A stretch of 64,000 nucleotides of DNA from Perkinsus olseni (GCA_013115125.1 JABANN010000068.1:1-64000); one strand, 5' to 3'. Positions 1-14,200 are shown, numbered from the stretch's first letter. Made by a program: numbers and translations. Notes: a model not told the origin generated them from the letters alone.

Positions 1-29
1 TTCCGTACTATTTAGTGGTTTTTTAGGGG

Positions 30-165
30 CTCTACTAAATTGGTCTTTCATAAAATCAAATTGCTTTGGGGTTATACTAATTTGGTCTGCGCTTTATCAA
101 ATTGCTTTGGGGTTCTACTAATTTGCTCTGGGCTTTATTAAATTGCTCTGGGGTTTTACTAAGTA
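30..165. repeat. Imperfect tandem array of alternating ~21/20-bp units (AAATTGCTTTGGGGTTMTACT / AATTTGSTCTGSGCTTTATY)
   Basis: About 6 degenerate units visible directly, forming a ~41-bp higher-order dimer. Confidence 0.7.
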
Positions 166-205
166 GGTCTGGAAATGGTGTAGTACCCCGCAGAGATGGG
201 CGCAG

Positions 206-409
206 TTGGAGACCTTTGAGGACAGAACCTCCAAGCCGTATCTGGTGTACAGTGTCCGTTCGAGTACCCCTTACATATTGAAAGATAGGATCATCCAAGA
301 ATGCTCGATACCCCTCCAGTCTGACGACCTGTCCTTCTTCGCTGTCGCTACCGATCGCACGCTCTTCACTCAGTTCAAAGGTGAAAGGATATATCTTCAC
401 AATAAATGA
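206..409 (+). CDS. Possible 3' exon or fragment of a lineage-specific secreted-protein family
   Basis: Ends ...DDLSFFAVATDRTLFTQFKGERIYLHNK*, resembling GDLTTLTVVDERVFAHLQGRKIKL and GDLATLTSDDDGVFTVFQGRKIQF in the paralogues at 58.7 and 61.7 kb. Confidence 0.35.
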   Translation: METFEDRTSKPYLVYSVRSSTPYILKDRIIQECSIPLQSDDLSFFAVATDRTLFTQFKGERIYLHNK

Positions 410-600
410 GGTATTTGTAAGGTGTTCACTCGCCGACGACTATACGTCGCGAGGTGACCTCTTATTAGCCTGTCGTTGTGTGAGGGTTTTTCTGCACCCC
501 TTCGTCACTAGATGCTGAATTTCTGATGGTGGAAACTTCATCTCCACTGAATGAGATCAAGGGGTCTTCCAGGGGCTGTTTCAGAGTTTTGCGACACGAT

Positions 601-1116
601 TCAGTCTGTTGTGGTCGTCGACGCATGTGAACTCGAGAAACTTCCAGCTTTTTCATCTCTTCTCTCGAAATCGATCATTGGTAGCAGGCATCGTGCGGGT
701 AGAATCAAGCGTGGATGTGGCATCCTCGTACGTATTCGCCCATAGTAGCGCAGACGCTCAACGTCTGCGGTGACGATGACCGTCGTAAACCTGATTTCTA
801 TCGCTGGTGGAGATACTTGCGTTAGTCTGTGTGATATCAACGGACATTCGACAATTGAGTTACTCGTTCTTATGACACCTTCGTGTGTATCGTGGAGATT
901 CGGTGACATCGAACCGGTGCCGAATGCCACCCCTCGGAGGAGACCCATCCTTGGGTGTATCTCATCCAGTATAATTACATTAAGTGGGCAGTTCGCCCAT
1001 GGGGGAAACTCGTCCATCTCAATTCGACCAGTATAAGATCGCCCATTTATTTCATCCAGTGCGGCAGTTATGCTGGCCCAGAGGGATTTTGAAACCGTGA
1101 TGAATAAATTCGCCAA
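601..1116 (-). CDS. Hypothetical protein (171-aa ORF, possibly an internal exon)
   Basis: Long ORF only; no recognised motif. Confidence 0.3.
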   Translation of the reverse strand: MANLFITVSKSLWASITAALDEINGRSYTGRIEMDEFPPWANCPLNVIILDEIHPRMGLLRGVAFGTGSMSPNLHDTHEGVIRTSNSIVECPLISHRLTQVSPPAIEIRFTTVIVTADVERLRYYGRIRTRMPHPRLILPARCLLPMIDFERRDEKAGSFSSSHASTTTTD

Positions 1117-1459
1117 GTCTCATCTTATCAATGGCCCGGATGAGATGAGACTTGGCGATTAAGGAGCCCTGAACCAGGACCCGGATAAAGCTGCTGGATG
1201 ATCAAAACATACAGTGGTATCAGAAACATTCATGTTCGTTGTTGTTACAGCTGCAGATTCTCTCGACGTAGTACATGACCTTCGAGTAGAGCTCGGAAAT
1301 CAAAGCGTGCAAATAGTCGTTCGCTGAATATGATGGTATATTTAGCTCTCTCTCTCCTCACACCGAGTGACAATTCACTAGCGACACTATAAAAGGGAGA
1401 AGTGCAAAGTATATGACGAATAGTAAGAGTGGTATCATACCACTGGTATGCACTAGTAC

Positions 1460-2402
1460 TAGTTCAAGTAATAGTTCAAGTAATAGTTCAGGTACAGGTT
1501 AACGGAAGTATAATGATGAGGAAATATACCTATTTTACTTACCTTTTTTTCTTTTCTTTTTTTTGTTTTTTTTCTCTTTTTCCCCTTTTTTCTTTTTCTT
1601 TTTTTTCTTTTCATTTTTTCCTTTCTTTTTTATACCAAGCCAAAGTAGAACACGATAGACAAAGCACGGACGCCCAGCAGACGATTATGCGACTTGGGGG
1701 CCCGTCACTCCCACGCTAAGCAAACGCTCACGGGCCTTTATCCTCTTCTTGCTGATGCTGAACTGGCCAAGAGTACCATTGGGATGCACCCACTGGGGTC
1801 TAGCAACCCCCGGGCATCTTATTGCCCTGTGTCTGGGTCTTTCGGCCTCCCGCAGCTGGCCCTTCTGACAATACGGATCCGAGGCTCTGCCGATGCGGTG
1901 CATGTATCCTCTGTAGTGTCTTGCATGCCCGATGACCAGGCCGGCAAGCTTTGGTCCAGCGGCGATGTGATCGTGGACGATTCTTCTCTGGCGCTGGGAT
2001 CCAAACAACGCGCGAAGCCTTTCATTCAGCTGCCTTTCCCGGTCCGCACACTCCCTCTCGGACGCTCTCTTCAGTAGTGAGGCCGTGTGGGCCCTTGGAG
2101 CCGGACTGCTCACGCTGACTCCATGGTGCCTTGCGTCCTTGGCCCTTTTGTCCACAAGATCGCCCGCTGCTATTGACCCCGTGTGACTCGGGATCCATGC
2201 CAGGCGCACCTTATTACCCAGCTGATATATGAGGGTCCTCACGCGGCCAAGCGTCTCGCTCCAGGATCGTCCCGCTCGCAGCATCTGTAGGCACACTAGG
2301 GAGTCTGAGTAGAGCGTTACCTTCTCGACTCCTTGCGTTCTTGCAAGGTGCGTGAGTGCTCTCTCGATCGCTAGCATTTCAGCCTGTCCTATTACGGCAT
2401 AT
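1460..2402 (-). mobile_element. 5'-truncated non-LTR retrotransposon 3' end (RNase H, C-terminal Cys/His region, A-rich tail)
   Basis: Minus strand reads QAEMLAIERAL...LYSDS...WIPSHTG...DKRAK (non-LTR RNase H), then YMHRIG...PYC...H...CP. A-rich tract at 1544-1631 and 12-bp tandem repeats at 1461-1490 lie downstream. Confidence 0.8.
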
Positions 2403-5400
2403 GCGACAGTTTGAAGCTTGGGGAGAGAAAGCGATTCAGCATCTCCATGGACCCTTCATCGAGGGTTCTGCGGCAGAACTTCTGCCAAAGCTTCTCTAAT
2501 GTCTTTTCTCCGCAAGCTGCCTTTCTTCAAGTGCGGCAGGATTCCAAAAAGGGGCCGTCGATCGTAGAAGTGCTCTAGTCGACTCCCTACGCTGGAGAGT
2601 ATGTCACTTTCTGCCCAGCTATGCACCGTTTATAACCAGCGGTAAGAAAGAGCTCGCTGACACTGCCTTCTATGGTCTCAATGTTGCGGCACTTGCAAGG
2701 CCCCGAGAAAGATTCCTGAGGAAGCCAGGTAGCAGGTGTAGTCATTCAAGGATAATTCAATCCATGATCGATTATCTAGTCAGGCTTGCAGTATTCATAT
2801 CGCTGCCGGTGGCCGTCATTGCCCGGAGTGTCGCCACTGCATCCAGCAGGTCATCCGTATTGGCAGGATACATGAGACAGTGAGAGCACAGCGCGTACCC
2901 TGATAATTGACTTGCGGAGTTCTCGCTCTAGCATCAGTCTCTTATAGGAATTGAAGCGGATTCCTGTCGGCCTACCAATGCCTTCGAAAGATGCGGAGCG
3001 TCTGGAGGTGGGGAGATCTTCGGAGCAGTATCTGGCATACGCGTGAGATTATTTTGCAGGCTGCAGCTCCAGGAAAGCGAACGAGCACAATAGTGTTTGA
3101 CAACCACAATGAGTGACCATGCCTTGCGACTAGTCAATTACTACTTCGTGATGATACAAGTCTTTGATGTCGTGCTAAGTCAATTAAAAGTGTAGAGAGA
3201 AATCTTCATCGCCATCGGAGCCTCTAGTAGTGGACAATGGCATTTCGATGTTCCATCGAGTAGGCCAAGTTGGCCTGGCCAACCGACATACCAACAATAA
3301 CACGCACCGCCACAACCGCTGACTCCCTAGTGACAAAACTGCGGCATGAACTACGACTAGTAACCCCTGGCTAGTCGCCACTGGCGATCAAACATTCTAA
3401 GCACCACCACGCCGCTATATGGAAGCGCGTTGATAGAGACATGTCATGGCGATCGTCTTTAGAGATCCTCACCGCTTTGAGAGCGGCGCTTTCCGTCGTC
3501 GTTCGTGGTACCATTACCAGCAGCTTGCTGGCAGCAAGCGGCTGCAGTGAGCAGTAGCTGCAGTTGAACTTCATCAGTTCTACAAGGAGCCATCTAGTAT
3601 CAACAGTACTCAACGCGTTAAGTCTCTAGTATTTACAGATGGGTAACGTTCGCCACATTCATTCCTTTGATTGCATTGTCGGCCTGACTCGAGACGGCGA
3701 GGGATTTTAGGCCCGTTGTAGTGCTCCAGTTCTTCTGTTATCTTCCTATTCTCACCTTTCGACAATGTCGAGTCGTTGAAAGGTGAGGCGGAGCTACGAT
3801 GAAGAGAGCCTGCACTACTATTACTAGTAGCAGTCTACTACCGCCCACCGATTCCCAGATGATCACCTCGTACGCTTCCTCACGGAGCGAACACTGATTT
3901 TATCAACAAAATTTCCACAGCTGTCACCGAGGCAGATCACGGTAGCTGCTATCAAGGAATGGCAGAAAGCTAAACAGTAAGCCTCTTGACGGTTTCTGCT
4001 ATGTGCCGCATCAACGACCCTGCGAGAAAATGCTTGAAAATGTCGATGAGTGGGTATGGTCAGAGTAACTAATGCACCAACCCGCTGTCTCAGGCGCCCC
4101 GATTCTGGTCATCCATGTGAATCAGCTACGCGTGTCCGGCGGCAGTCAGCTATGACGGGGTACCACTCGAACTTCACCACATCTGTGTGTCGTACAGTGT
4201 GAGCTAATAGTACAGGAGTCGGCTTTGAGATATCTGACGGACAAGCAGTTTGCAGACTGATGTTTAACCAGTAACTTGCTTGAGCGATAGTAAGGTATTA
4301 GTTCGCTTGTCAGACCATCGGGTCCTTCAGATGAACAGGCGTCATCCAAAAATGCCGCAGAGTGAGGCTTTGTGACTTGATAGTTCCTCTCAAGCAAGTC
4401 TTGACTCCAGTGTTGGGAAAATCAGCTTATCCGGGGCATGTTATATTCCTGAGGCTTTATTCGCTCCAGTTTTTTCCATCTGACAATGTCAAACGACGGA
4501 AAGTTCCGCGAGCACCTCGAAAACTCGGCAGATTTCTATTCCGGCTTTGCCAGTCTTAGTCCTCGTCAAATTGTTGTCGCATCTATTACGGAATGGACTT
4601 TGAAGGAGAGGTGACGTAAAGTCGATCAATCGCCTCACCTTGAGGTTCATTTCGCGTTTCTTCGTTCGCAGGCGTAATGGAAAGGCTGCTGGAAGCTATA
4701 AGGCTGCTTGGACACGAGCACTCTGTAAGTGAAGTTATACTGCCGCGGTATGTTTGCCAATCGAGTTTATTGGATCTCCGCTCGTTAGCTGCAGCAGCTC
4801 AGAATCTGAGCCTCAGATGCTTCGCAGTTTTCATACTAAAGAGTCCTCAAAGTATGATGCTATCCAAGTGATAGGAGTAGTACGCCTGCTTGGAAGTGAT
4901 TTCGTGGTTTTCTCGCGAAATACAGTGGAGATGCAACTAAAAATCGCAGGGACCAGATAAGCACGGAATGGAAAGAAATCCGATTTCGCCAGCATCCGAG
5001 TTAGCTCTGACAAGAATCATTCTTTCACAGAAACTACATGTGGTTCTTGCAATCAAAATTTTATTGTAAAATGCGACTCCTAGTACTCTAGCGCTAGGCA
5101 GCATATGAACGGGAAGCTCCCCATGTCCCCGCTATGTGGGCATGGGCCTTCATTCGTAGATTTTCTGTATGTAGTACTCACTGAAAGCTCTTCAGCACCT
5201 TTCCCGGTTTTGTTTCATTTGTCAGGCCTTCTCTGAGCACATCAGCGATCACGCCCAAGAGTGAAGTCATCACGGTACTGGGGGATGAGCCACGTGACGC
5301 AGTTGATTCGGAGAATCCTGAGGGCCCGGCAAAATCGGAAATCAGTGCGGAGTCGCTCGAATGGACGGTGAGAAACGAAGCAGTATTCTCGGACTCTCGG

Positions 5401-6023
5401 GTTGCGAGGGGAAACGCGCAGCTCTCAGCTCTCAAAATTTGCGGGGCAAACAGTCCTTTTGGCAGGATGTCGAGACCCGTGCGACACGGAGGCATCTTCC
5501 CAATAGCTATCGAATTTTAGGATTCTATTCAGTAGGGTACTACGAGGTATCCCTGTACATTTCGTTTCGTAACTCGTCCCAGTTGGAGCTAGCGCCGAGA
5601 AAAACAGGATATTCCATAATTATTTGGAGGGCTGTACAATCTACAACGCCTCATCTTAGGGAATTAAAAAGAACGGCCCTTGACGGCGCTGAAGGCCAGG
5701 TGAATGAGACGGCGCTCGACCAATCTTGGAGTGAGTGAGGCGTTTCTTGAGAGGGTGGATTGCGTTGGGCCGAAACAAGCACCCCATGCCTGTTCAGCTT
5801 TCATTTGTTCCCATGGCGGTAATTACTACAGCAGTCTAGAGAAGTCAGTGATATCGTCATAAGCTGGGTCACTTTCAGTCTGAGAGTCTCAGAGAGTGAG
5901 AGAAGGTTGCACGAAGAGCTGAATAGCCGCCGCCATCTTGCGAACAATTTTGTGTATGATCTGGGTGAAGTCGTTCTGTTGGACTCGGCTCCGGCTAGTT
6001 CTCCTTTCTAGTGTCATCATCAC

Positions 6024-7235
6024 ATGAAGGTCGTGCCGCATGTCCTCAGCTTCTACTTCCTGCTAGAGCTCGTCAGATCCACGGGTTCTGTCACGTGAAG
6101 GCATCACGACAGCTTTCGACCACTTTAAAGTCTTCGACTACATCTATGGAACCCAGTCCGTCCACTTCCACCACGTGGACCCCCTCCTCATCCTCGCCGC
6201 CTCTCGAGTTCTATGAAGGCGTAACTCATCCGTGGGATTCTCCCCACGTCTTCAACTGGGAATGGCATTTCAACGAAGTTTTGCGGGGCGGTGCGAGGAA
6301 CCTCCTACTGACTGGCTGCATAAGATCGTGCCATCGATCTTCCAACACAAAGCGTGGGACGACTCTTGTTTCACGACCTTGAGGGAGCAAGTGGCGGCTA
6401 GAGGGGGTAAAATGATGCTTCATCTGGGCCTTTATTTCTATGACAACGACTTCGACAAGTGAGCTTTTCAGAGCAGTGCTCGGAAGTTCTTGGAAACCTA
6501 TCCCGTGGATGTCCTCATAATGAAGGGCCTTGCTGAGGCCTTCAAGGAGCTGGGGAAGATCTTCATGACAAAGTGAGCTCCCAGAGCAAACCGTCGGCTG
6601 GAGATGTTATTATATACTCGCTCGTCGTTCGATTACCAGGCTGCGATTCAACTGAGCTTGTTCTGCTAGGTGTGACTATTTCAAGTGGCACCGTGCTCTG
6701 GAGACCGAAGTCCCTCAACTTGCCGATCTGAATGTCGTTGTACTCAAGCCCAACGTCCATCGCAATGTTTCAGCTGGGGAAGGTGTGTTCCTCACGGACG
6801 CGAACGCTGCGAAGGTCATTAGCGACGCTTACAAGGCTGGAGTACGTAAGGAGAAGCTCATCCTTCAGGTAGATGACCGCCGCTGCACTGGTCAGAATCC
6901 GCAGCTTTCTGGTTACTTAGATAACTCCTATTGCCCGGACCTATGACCAAGTCGCCGAAAAAGAAGGTCGTTTCACTGGATACTACAAAGCAATTACCGA
7001 GTTTGGTGCCTCCCCGCTGGGGGACGGCACAATTTTAGCTCCTGATGGTCGGCTCTATTACTTCTTCTCAAAAACCCGGGCAAGCTGTATTGTTAGAGTG
7101 GCGAAGTGGCATGGCCTGCACGGTATATCACTGGCTGGTGGTTATGGTGATGAGCAAGATTTTTTTCCTCACGACACACGCTCCTTGTTCTCCGCTATTG
7201 TCGGAGAAGTTCGGTCTAGTATCGAGACCCGCTAG
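6024..7235 (+). pseudogene. GH18/chitinase-like protein pseudogene (copy 1)
   Basis: Homologous to copies at 21.8-23.0 and 24.0-26.6 kb (LEFY..V.HPW, YPVD, KLIL, DGRLYYF..SR/KTRA, GLHG). Frameshifts near 6.09 and 6.33 kb and an in-frame TGA at 6460-6462. Confidence 0.7.
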
Positions 7236-8268
7236 AGTACTTCTCAGCAACATTTAAGGGAGCTAAGATCTCTCTCTGCTTGGAGGCTCTGCAGACCCGT
7301 CCGACCAAGTGATGTCAACAAAGTTTGGCTTACGTATCTTGGTGGACTTTGACTGAGACCACCGTTACAGTGCAGCAGACAGGTCTTGCGACCGAGCTCA
7401 GCTTGGCTAGACATTTGCCGGCCTCGCAGAATATTCTAACACCTGACGCTAGGACGCGGTCCTCAACCGTCGATTCAGTTTCCGTATCTGACTTCAGCTT
7501 GAGTTCCGGTCTTCAGTTGGGTTATTTCGTACAAGACGTTAGTCCAGTCACCAAAGGCCGCAGCGGTCTGTACTCAAACGCCGGGGCTTCGCTGCTGGTT
7601 GACGAGCCGGACTGACTGAAACTTAGAGTTTCTGAATCGAACTGGTCACACGGGAGGAGGCACGGCTGTGATCCCTGTGATCCAGGTTCAACCCCTGGAA
7701 GATATATGTTTAATCTCATTATATTTGTGATGCCCATCCTGCGTTATTCCTATTCTCTGTGCCTACACCTTTCCACCATTTGATTGGGACAGTCACACAC
7801 AATAGGGTCGGAGAAGCGTATCTTTCTCGGATGTAAGAGCGAGCTCTTCTCCCATTCACTGCCTAAATATTTTTCAGGGCATGTCATGAGCATCTTTCCG
7901 ATTCATTTATGCCTAGAGTCAACCATGGATACTCTATCTTTAGCATTTATTATTCAAATAGTGATAGTAGTCCATGGCCATCTTGAGAATTATAATGATG
8001 TTTTACGGATGAACCACTCCACGTTCAAACGAGTAATTATGAAACTCAGAATCGATCCTGGAATTGATGTTAACACGTTAAATGTGACAGTTCTAGAGTC
8101 GATTCTAATTTCCACTATTCGTCTATTGAGCAATCCTTAAGAATAATAAGAAAAATAGAAAAATAATGACCCCACGACTTGGGAGGGCTTCATTCCGGCT
8201 CATCGATGAAGGCGATGGCGGCTCTCCTTTTCCGTTTTTATAATCAGTTTGTATTTTTTATAAGTGGT

Positions 8269-11200
8269 ATGGCAGAGCTAGCGGCAGCCGGAGCGGCTAT
8301 GGCGAACGGAGCCGGGTCGCTGTTTTCGTACAATAAGGATGTCTTCGTATTTGACCAAACACTGCGCCAGCAAAAGGTGCATCAAATTCAGAACATTCGA
8401 TTACAACAGGTGATAACGGGAGAAGGAAGGAGACTTATGAAATTTCCCGTTTTTTCGAAAAGTCTTAGAGATGGATAATGCCTGTGTCAAATAGTGTGGC
8501 GAATTATTTGAAATTTGCTTACGTTTGAAGACGCTTTCCCGTGCCGTTGCCGTGTTACGCGGCGTAACTTACGCCCTATGAACTTGAGTTGTTTATGCGT
8601 GCCTGTGTCTGCCGGGTAATCGCCTTTGACCCGACCTATAATATCCCCGGATACATATCTTCGGTTGCTGGCAGGTCGGTCTGTACCGTGAAGATCTCCG
8701 CGACTTATTCGGTCTGACCATATCGAAGATGGATAATTATCTTGTGGTCAACACCCTCATGTTGGGCTTCTGCATTGCTCTGTTTTACGATGGAGTGTTG
8801 CCTCAACAGAATCCACCATGGCTGTGGTGGATGTGGTAGTACCTGGGCGAGGGTCTGTACGTCGCTAGGCTACCATCGAATCGCGCTGTAGTCATTTTTG
8901 TAGAAACTACTCAAGACCGTTGGGTTATTTTCGGTGACGTCGACCAGAAACGCAGAACTGTTTTTCGAGAAATGGTCTCGACTGCCATTTTCTTTTGCTT
9001 TGATATAACTTCGCCATTTTTGCCTTCTTCACATTGCGAGAAACTCCACATCACGTATTACGGGTGAACCTTCAATGCATTCTTATCGCTCAATCTACTT
9101 GAAATTTGCGAGCTTCTCTTCCTTTATGTGACTCTCGGAGCCTTCGATTTCGTACTTGAAGTTTTTTCTGTGATTATCTTTAAACTCGTCCGTAGATTTT
9201 TTGAAATCACCGTCGCATTCAGGTGCCTGGATCTCTCCGGTTCTACGATTTTTTTATTGATATCCATTTGGCTATCCCTGCACGCATCAATAACGGCTCA
9301 GTCGATGGTGGTGAAGCTGCTCACTCAGTGGCTGAGGTAGTACAGGGGATCAAAATTTCAGGATTTTATTCGTCGTGAATATCCTCGATCTTACCTGCCT
9401 CGAAATTTGTTTTTGAGAAAAATTATCCCTGGTTTTCGGGAGTGGAAAGGTTATAATAAAGAATCTGGCTTGAGTTGCTTTCACGTTAATACTTCATACA
9501 AGATAATTCTTCAAAAAAACCTGAGATTGAGAACCTACAGAAGTTCCCTTGATGAGAAGAGTTACTATTCTACCACACTGTCGCGGGAAATTTACAGAAT
9601 GCCCACTTGGTGAGGGGACTACCAGAGCTGCTCGTGATGAGCAGATCTCTGCAGCTTGGAGTATTGGAATTTGCCTTTAGTGCGGAGCTGCTGCTGCTGC
9701 TGCTGCTGTCAGGTTGCCGTTGCCTCGGACGGAGGACATCGCGGCTGCATCGGCGTCTATTGAGGTAGTAGAGGGGTTGAGCGACTGTCGAGTGGGTCGA
9801 ATGGTGCTGAGTTAAAATATTCTATAAAAACATCAAAAAAATATCTTCCAGAAATTATCTCAGAAAAAATATCCAAGAAATGTCTAATAAAATTTTACCA
9901 AAAAATATGATTATGTGGTGGATTAAATCTACTTTTCGTGCGAGATTTTGTCTAAAATTACGAACTTACGAACAATTCGTATAATATTGTATACGCAAGG
10001 CAGACGTTGTTACCACTTATTTTACGTAAAATTGGAATGGTATACCGGGGGTATTGTAAATTACTCCTGCTCGTTGCGGGGGGAGACTCGGATGAATTCG
10101 TGAATTGGCAAGAATAGTTTCACGATGTCATCTCGGCCCTGTTATATTACAGGATTACGAGTGCTGTCCAGTGTCGTCAATTTTGCGAATACCCGGGCTG
10201 CAGCGTCTGGACCCCCGGAGGAAGAAGGTGGACATGGATGATTACACGAAGGTTGATAAGGACGGCCGAGTCAGTAGCGAGGGGGATCGATTGTAATATG
10301 GGTATTAAGATGGAGCGGTTGGATCTAGGGAAATCACAACGTCGTTTCATTTATGAGTGTTGAAGGGAGCGTGGCTGTGGTGACACGCTCATCCGTGTCA
10401 CCGTGGTACCACTGAGTATTTTCAGGTACCACATACACTTCAAGTTGTTCCAGCACGTGCAGAAGTCCTGGCAGGGTTATGATGCTTACGCGAGGGTCTG
10501 CATGGCTGTGGGCACAAATCAACTTTTGCTCACCCTCTGCATCTTTGCTTTGGGGTAGTAATCGCCGAGTAGCTTTTCGAAATTTTGTCGATATGTTTTC
10601 GAGACTTTTGATGAGAGGCATGATGAAATTGCAGATCCAGTTGATGGGTATTGGAACCCGAACGTCGTGGTGAATAAACACCACGACTGAGTATCAGTAT
10701 CAATTGGCAAGTATATTCTCAACTAAGTGCGTGGCAACCTCTCAGCGTGTGTTCATAAGGTGCACGCCAGTGTAGCCAGCGTTGACCCATAACTGGGAGG
10801 GGAAGAGGTATTTGTTGTTGTTTTTTGGTACTATGGTGATTTGCATAACGGTTTGGTTCGCACTGTACGGTCGCCGCATTATCGGGAAATCTGTTCATTA
10901 TGCGCAGCATTAGAGTCGACCGTGGCTTCAAAATGCTGTTATACTACAATCTAGTCGGATATTTGTTGTCTCCTTTGCGGGTTGGGAGAGGAATGAATAC
11001 CAAATTTTCGCCAAATCATGAAGTGTCTTGTAGGTCCACTCTGATTGGAGATCGACAGCCCTGGGCAGCATGGGTGTTCATCGTCGTCGTGGCGACAGGA
11101 GCCATGCTGCATTTCCGAGTTAACTTAACCCTGACGAAATGGGAGTTGGTCATCATGGTCGCCCTTATTTACGCAGCCCCTTTGACAGCTGGCGTGGCGG

Positions 11201-14200
11201 CTACTATGGACTATGCTGGCTGGATAACAGCGGGTAAATTATTCACAAATTCGGATTTTTTCTCCCAGTTTCGGAGTAGTGAGTATCTTTCTTTTCTCAG
11301 GTCGTGTCTGGGCACTGATATCCTTTATCTTGAATGACCTTTGGATGTGCTTTGTATTCGCCCAGGCGATGGAGTCTCGGGGAGGTCTCCCGGAAAAGTT
11401 CAACACCGTAGACATCTCTTCTGGTAATGGCGGAAGGAGTTTGTGTTTTTTTTCTGGATTCGAAATTGCGGTGAAATGCAATCGGCGGCCGATAGAACGA
11501 GCTGTTGCATATCATGATCTTGATATCATTCTTGGTCGTGGAAGACGTAAAATAGGGAGTGGAAATACGACACGCGCTTTGCTGCCTCCTGTAGAGACAT
11601 CGCTTCAAAGTTCGAGTTTGTCTCGTAACCATCGTCTAATATAAGTATAAGTAAACTCGTCCAATAGATCTATGACTGACAGCAGAAAAAAAAGAGAAAT
11701 TTTTGGAGCGCTCTAAAATTCATGTTAATTCCTCGGAGAGGTTGAGCTTGGTGAAAATAAGTTTTCGGATTTGACACTTGACGATTCTCTGTGTTCAGAC
11801 GTGATGAGCGACAACTCGATGCAACACTTTGTGAAGGATGAGCTGCACGATCTGGGAATTGACGTAAAAAAGGCGGAGCGAAGCTCGGCAGGGTTGTAGA
11901 TTTTCTCGTTTTTTGCAGACCAAAAATCCTGGGGATTTTCTCTGGGGGACGAGCAACCTCACGAAGGACTCTCCGCCAGAGGAAATTTTGAAGGAAAAAT
12001 GCGAAGATGAGGAAAGGGAATTGGAAAAGATATTTTCTGTCGAGAATGGTGGTTCGGGTGGCAAGTTGTCGGCGATGCAGCAGAGCAAATTGGCTAACTT
12101 GAGGAAAGATTTCGAGAAAATACGGTACTGTTTTTGGGATGGGTGGAGGTTTGGATTGACAGAAGTAACAGCCTGAGTAAGGTTTGCTCGGTACTGAAAG
12201 ACAGTTGCTCTGTTACTTCCCAGAAATTGCGCGCGCCATCTCGGGTGGTCGATAAAATTACAGCTGGTATTACAAACTTGAAGTAGCTTATTTTCCGAAT
12301 CCCCACAGATCGATGAATCGAATGCCATTTCTAATTTGACGGAATTGGGACATGACAGCTTCCTTCCCGTGGGATGATCATTCTGATTGTGATCATTCTG
12401 TACGGCTGGATTCTGTCGGGAGAAGAAAATGAACTTCTCGGTGATGTATTATCTTGCTGATTCGGTATCGTTTTAATACTCTTTTTCGGGTGGTTGCAGC
12501 TCCTGACCTGTTCGATTGCCAGGAGCGATTTTCACATGTCTTCGGAGGAGGCGGAGCGAAGCACGAAGGGGAAGGGTTTGGAGGAGTCGTCTTCGTCCTC
12601 GTCATCTTCGGTCGCGGCGGAAGAGGGAGAATCTACACCTCAGGACTGGGTTCGGATGGCGACAGACTGCTCGGGTAATATTGCAGGATGCGGGGATCGA
12701 ACCCGGGTGTCTGGCTTGACTGAGTTACGGATGCCGTCTCTAACGTGGAGACCAGACGAGTGGTTGTCATCGGTATTCTCGGAAGGTCGGGCCTGAATGA
12801 TTGTTGTTGATGTAGGTGGTAATGACTCGGAGGTGGACTATTACGTTAACAGTGTGACTGGAGACATCAGATGGCGACCTGTCCTTAAGAGATCCTTGGT
12901 GAGAAGAAAAGAAGAGGGGGGGTCGTAAATTACAATTTTTTTTATAAATTGCAATTACTTGGTTAAAAATCTAATTACTCGTAATGATTATTGGTCAAAT
13001 TTGTCACTGCGGAAAATTCTGATGGAATTTTTTTGCTCTTGGTCTGGGGGCGCTTTTTCGTGATAAACTCAGAATAAAGAATTATGGAATTTAAATTTGA
13101 AAATTCCAAATTTAATTTTTTCCCGTACTCTCTCGTCATAGTTTCGGGCAGCCCGGCAGTCCGTTTGTGTCAAGGAGAAAGTTTGTAGAAAAGTTTTTTC
13201 AGAGCGACACAGTGTCAACGGCGAGTACGACGACGTTAACTCGTCGTCCCTCACGACCCCGAAGATCTGTAGAGGACCTCGAGAATGCTTTGCGGAACTT
13301 GGAAAAGTCGGTGAAGGAGCTTCATGTTGGTTTTCTGAAAAAGGAAGATAGTCTGAGGTAGGGTTGGTCCCTCTCCGGAGAGAAGGAGAATTTTGACGTT
13401 GTCAGGTCGCGGAGTTCTACTAAGTGTTCTTCGGAAGGGACCGGATCTTCATGCGTGACCTCCACGAGTTCGGAAGATACGCCCACCTCTTCGACTGCGG
13501 ATGGCAAACCCCGGCATCACCGTCATCATCAGCGTGCCCCCTTGGACTTCCAGCACTGTTCACTGCGACCATGGTCGATTTATAAGCAGGCTTCGACTGT
13601 TGTGGTTTTGGCTTGGACGCTCGGGTGAGTTTCGGAGGAATCTAGCGGCCGAGAGGTTTCCGAATCTGTTGTCATTCTTAATTGATTCGACTCGGTGAGG
13701 CGATTTTGGAAAGAGTTCTCAGAATTTCCGGTGAAGAGACCATTCCTGAGGCAAGGCATCTTCGGTGGCGATTGGAATTTGGTCTTCTGAATCGGTCTGG
13801 GTCGGGTGGGATATTTTAGAGATTTCTCAGGATTGGGAAGCGGGCGAAGTTTTACTGATGAAATCGGATAATTTCCTGTGCGCGTGCGTGCGGAATATTT
13901 GTGTTCGCCCGAGGGGCATGCAAAGACAAGATACGCAGTAGATGAATTGGCTTTGTCTCGGCACGTTGGGAAAATTCATAAGACTGCTCGATGAGGCATC
14001 CTTAAGGAGGGATGTGAAAAAACCATTTAATCGCTGGAGCTCTATGTCGGTCCTGGGATTCGAACCTGGGTCTCTTGTCTCTTGTTGGCTATATCGTGTT
14101 AGCTGCTTCGCTGAGCGAGCTCTACCGCTAGTGTATATTTTCTCAGAGTGATTTGGTGCGTCCTAGACCTCCTCAACATCCCCACCGGTAATGACATCCG

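Noticed and set aside
1429-1719. Phe-rich membrane protein ORF
   Set aside because: Translation of the T-rich retrotransposon tail
2410-5900. Genes in the many short ORFs here, and likewise at 53.5-54.5 kb
   Set aside because: No recognisable motifs or consistent exon chain; probably decayed sequence that I cannot classify
12926-12928. TAA as the end of gene A
   Set aside because: In-frame donors just upstream and downstream exons homologous to paralogue B indicate the gene continues to 14867
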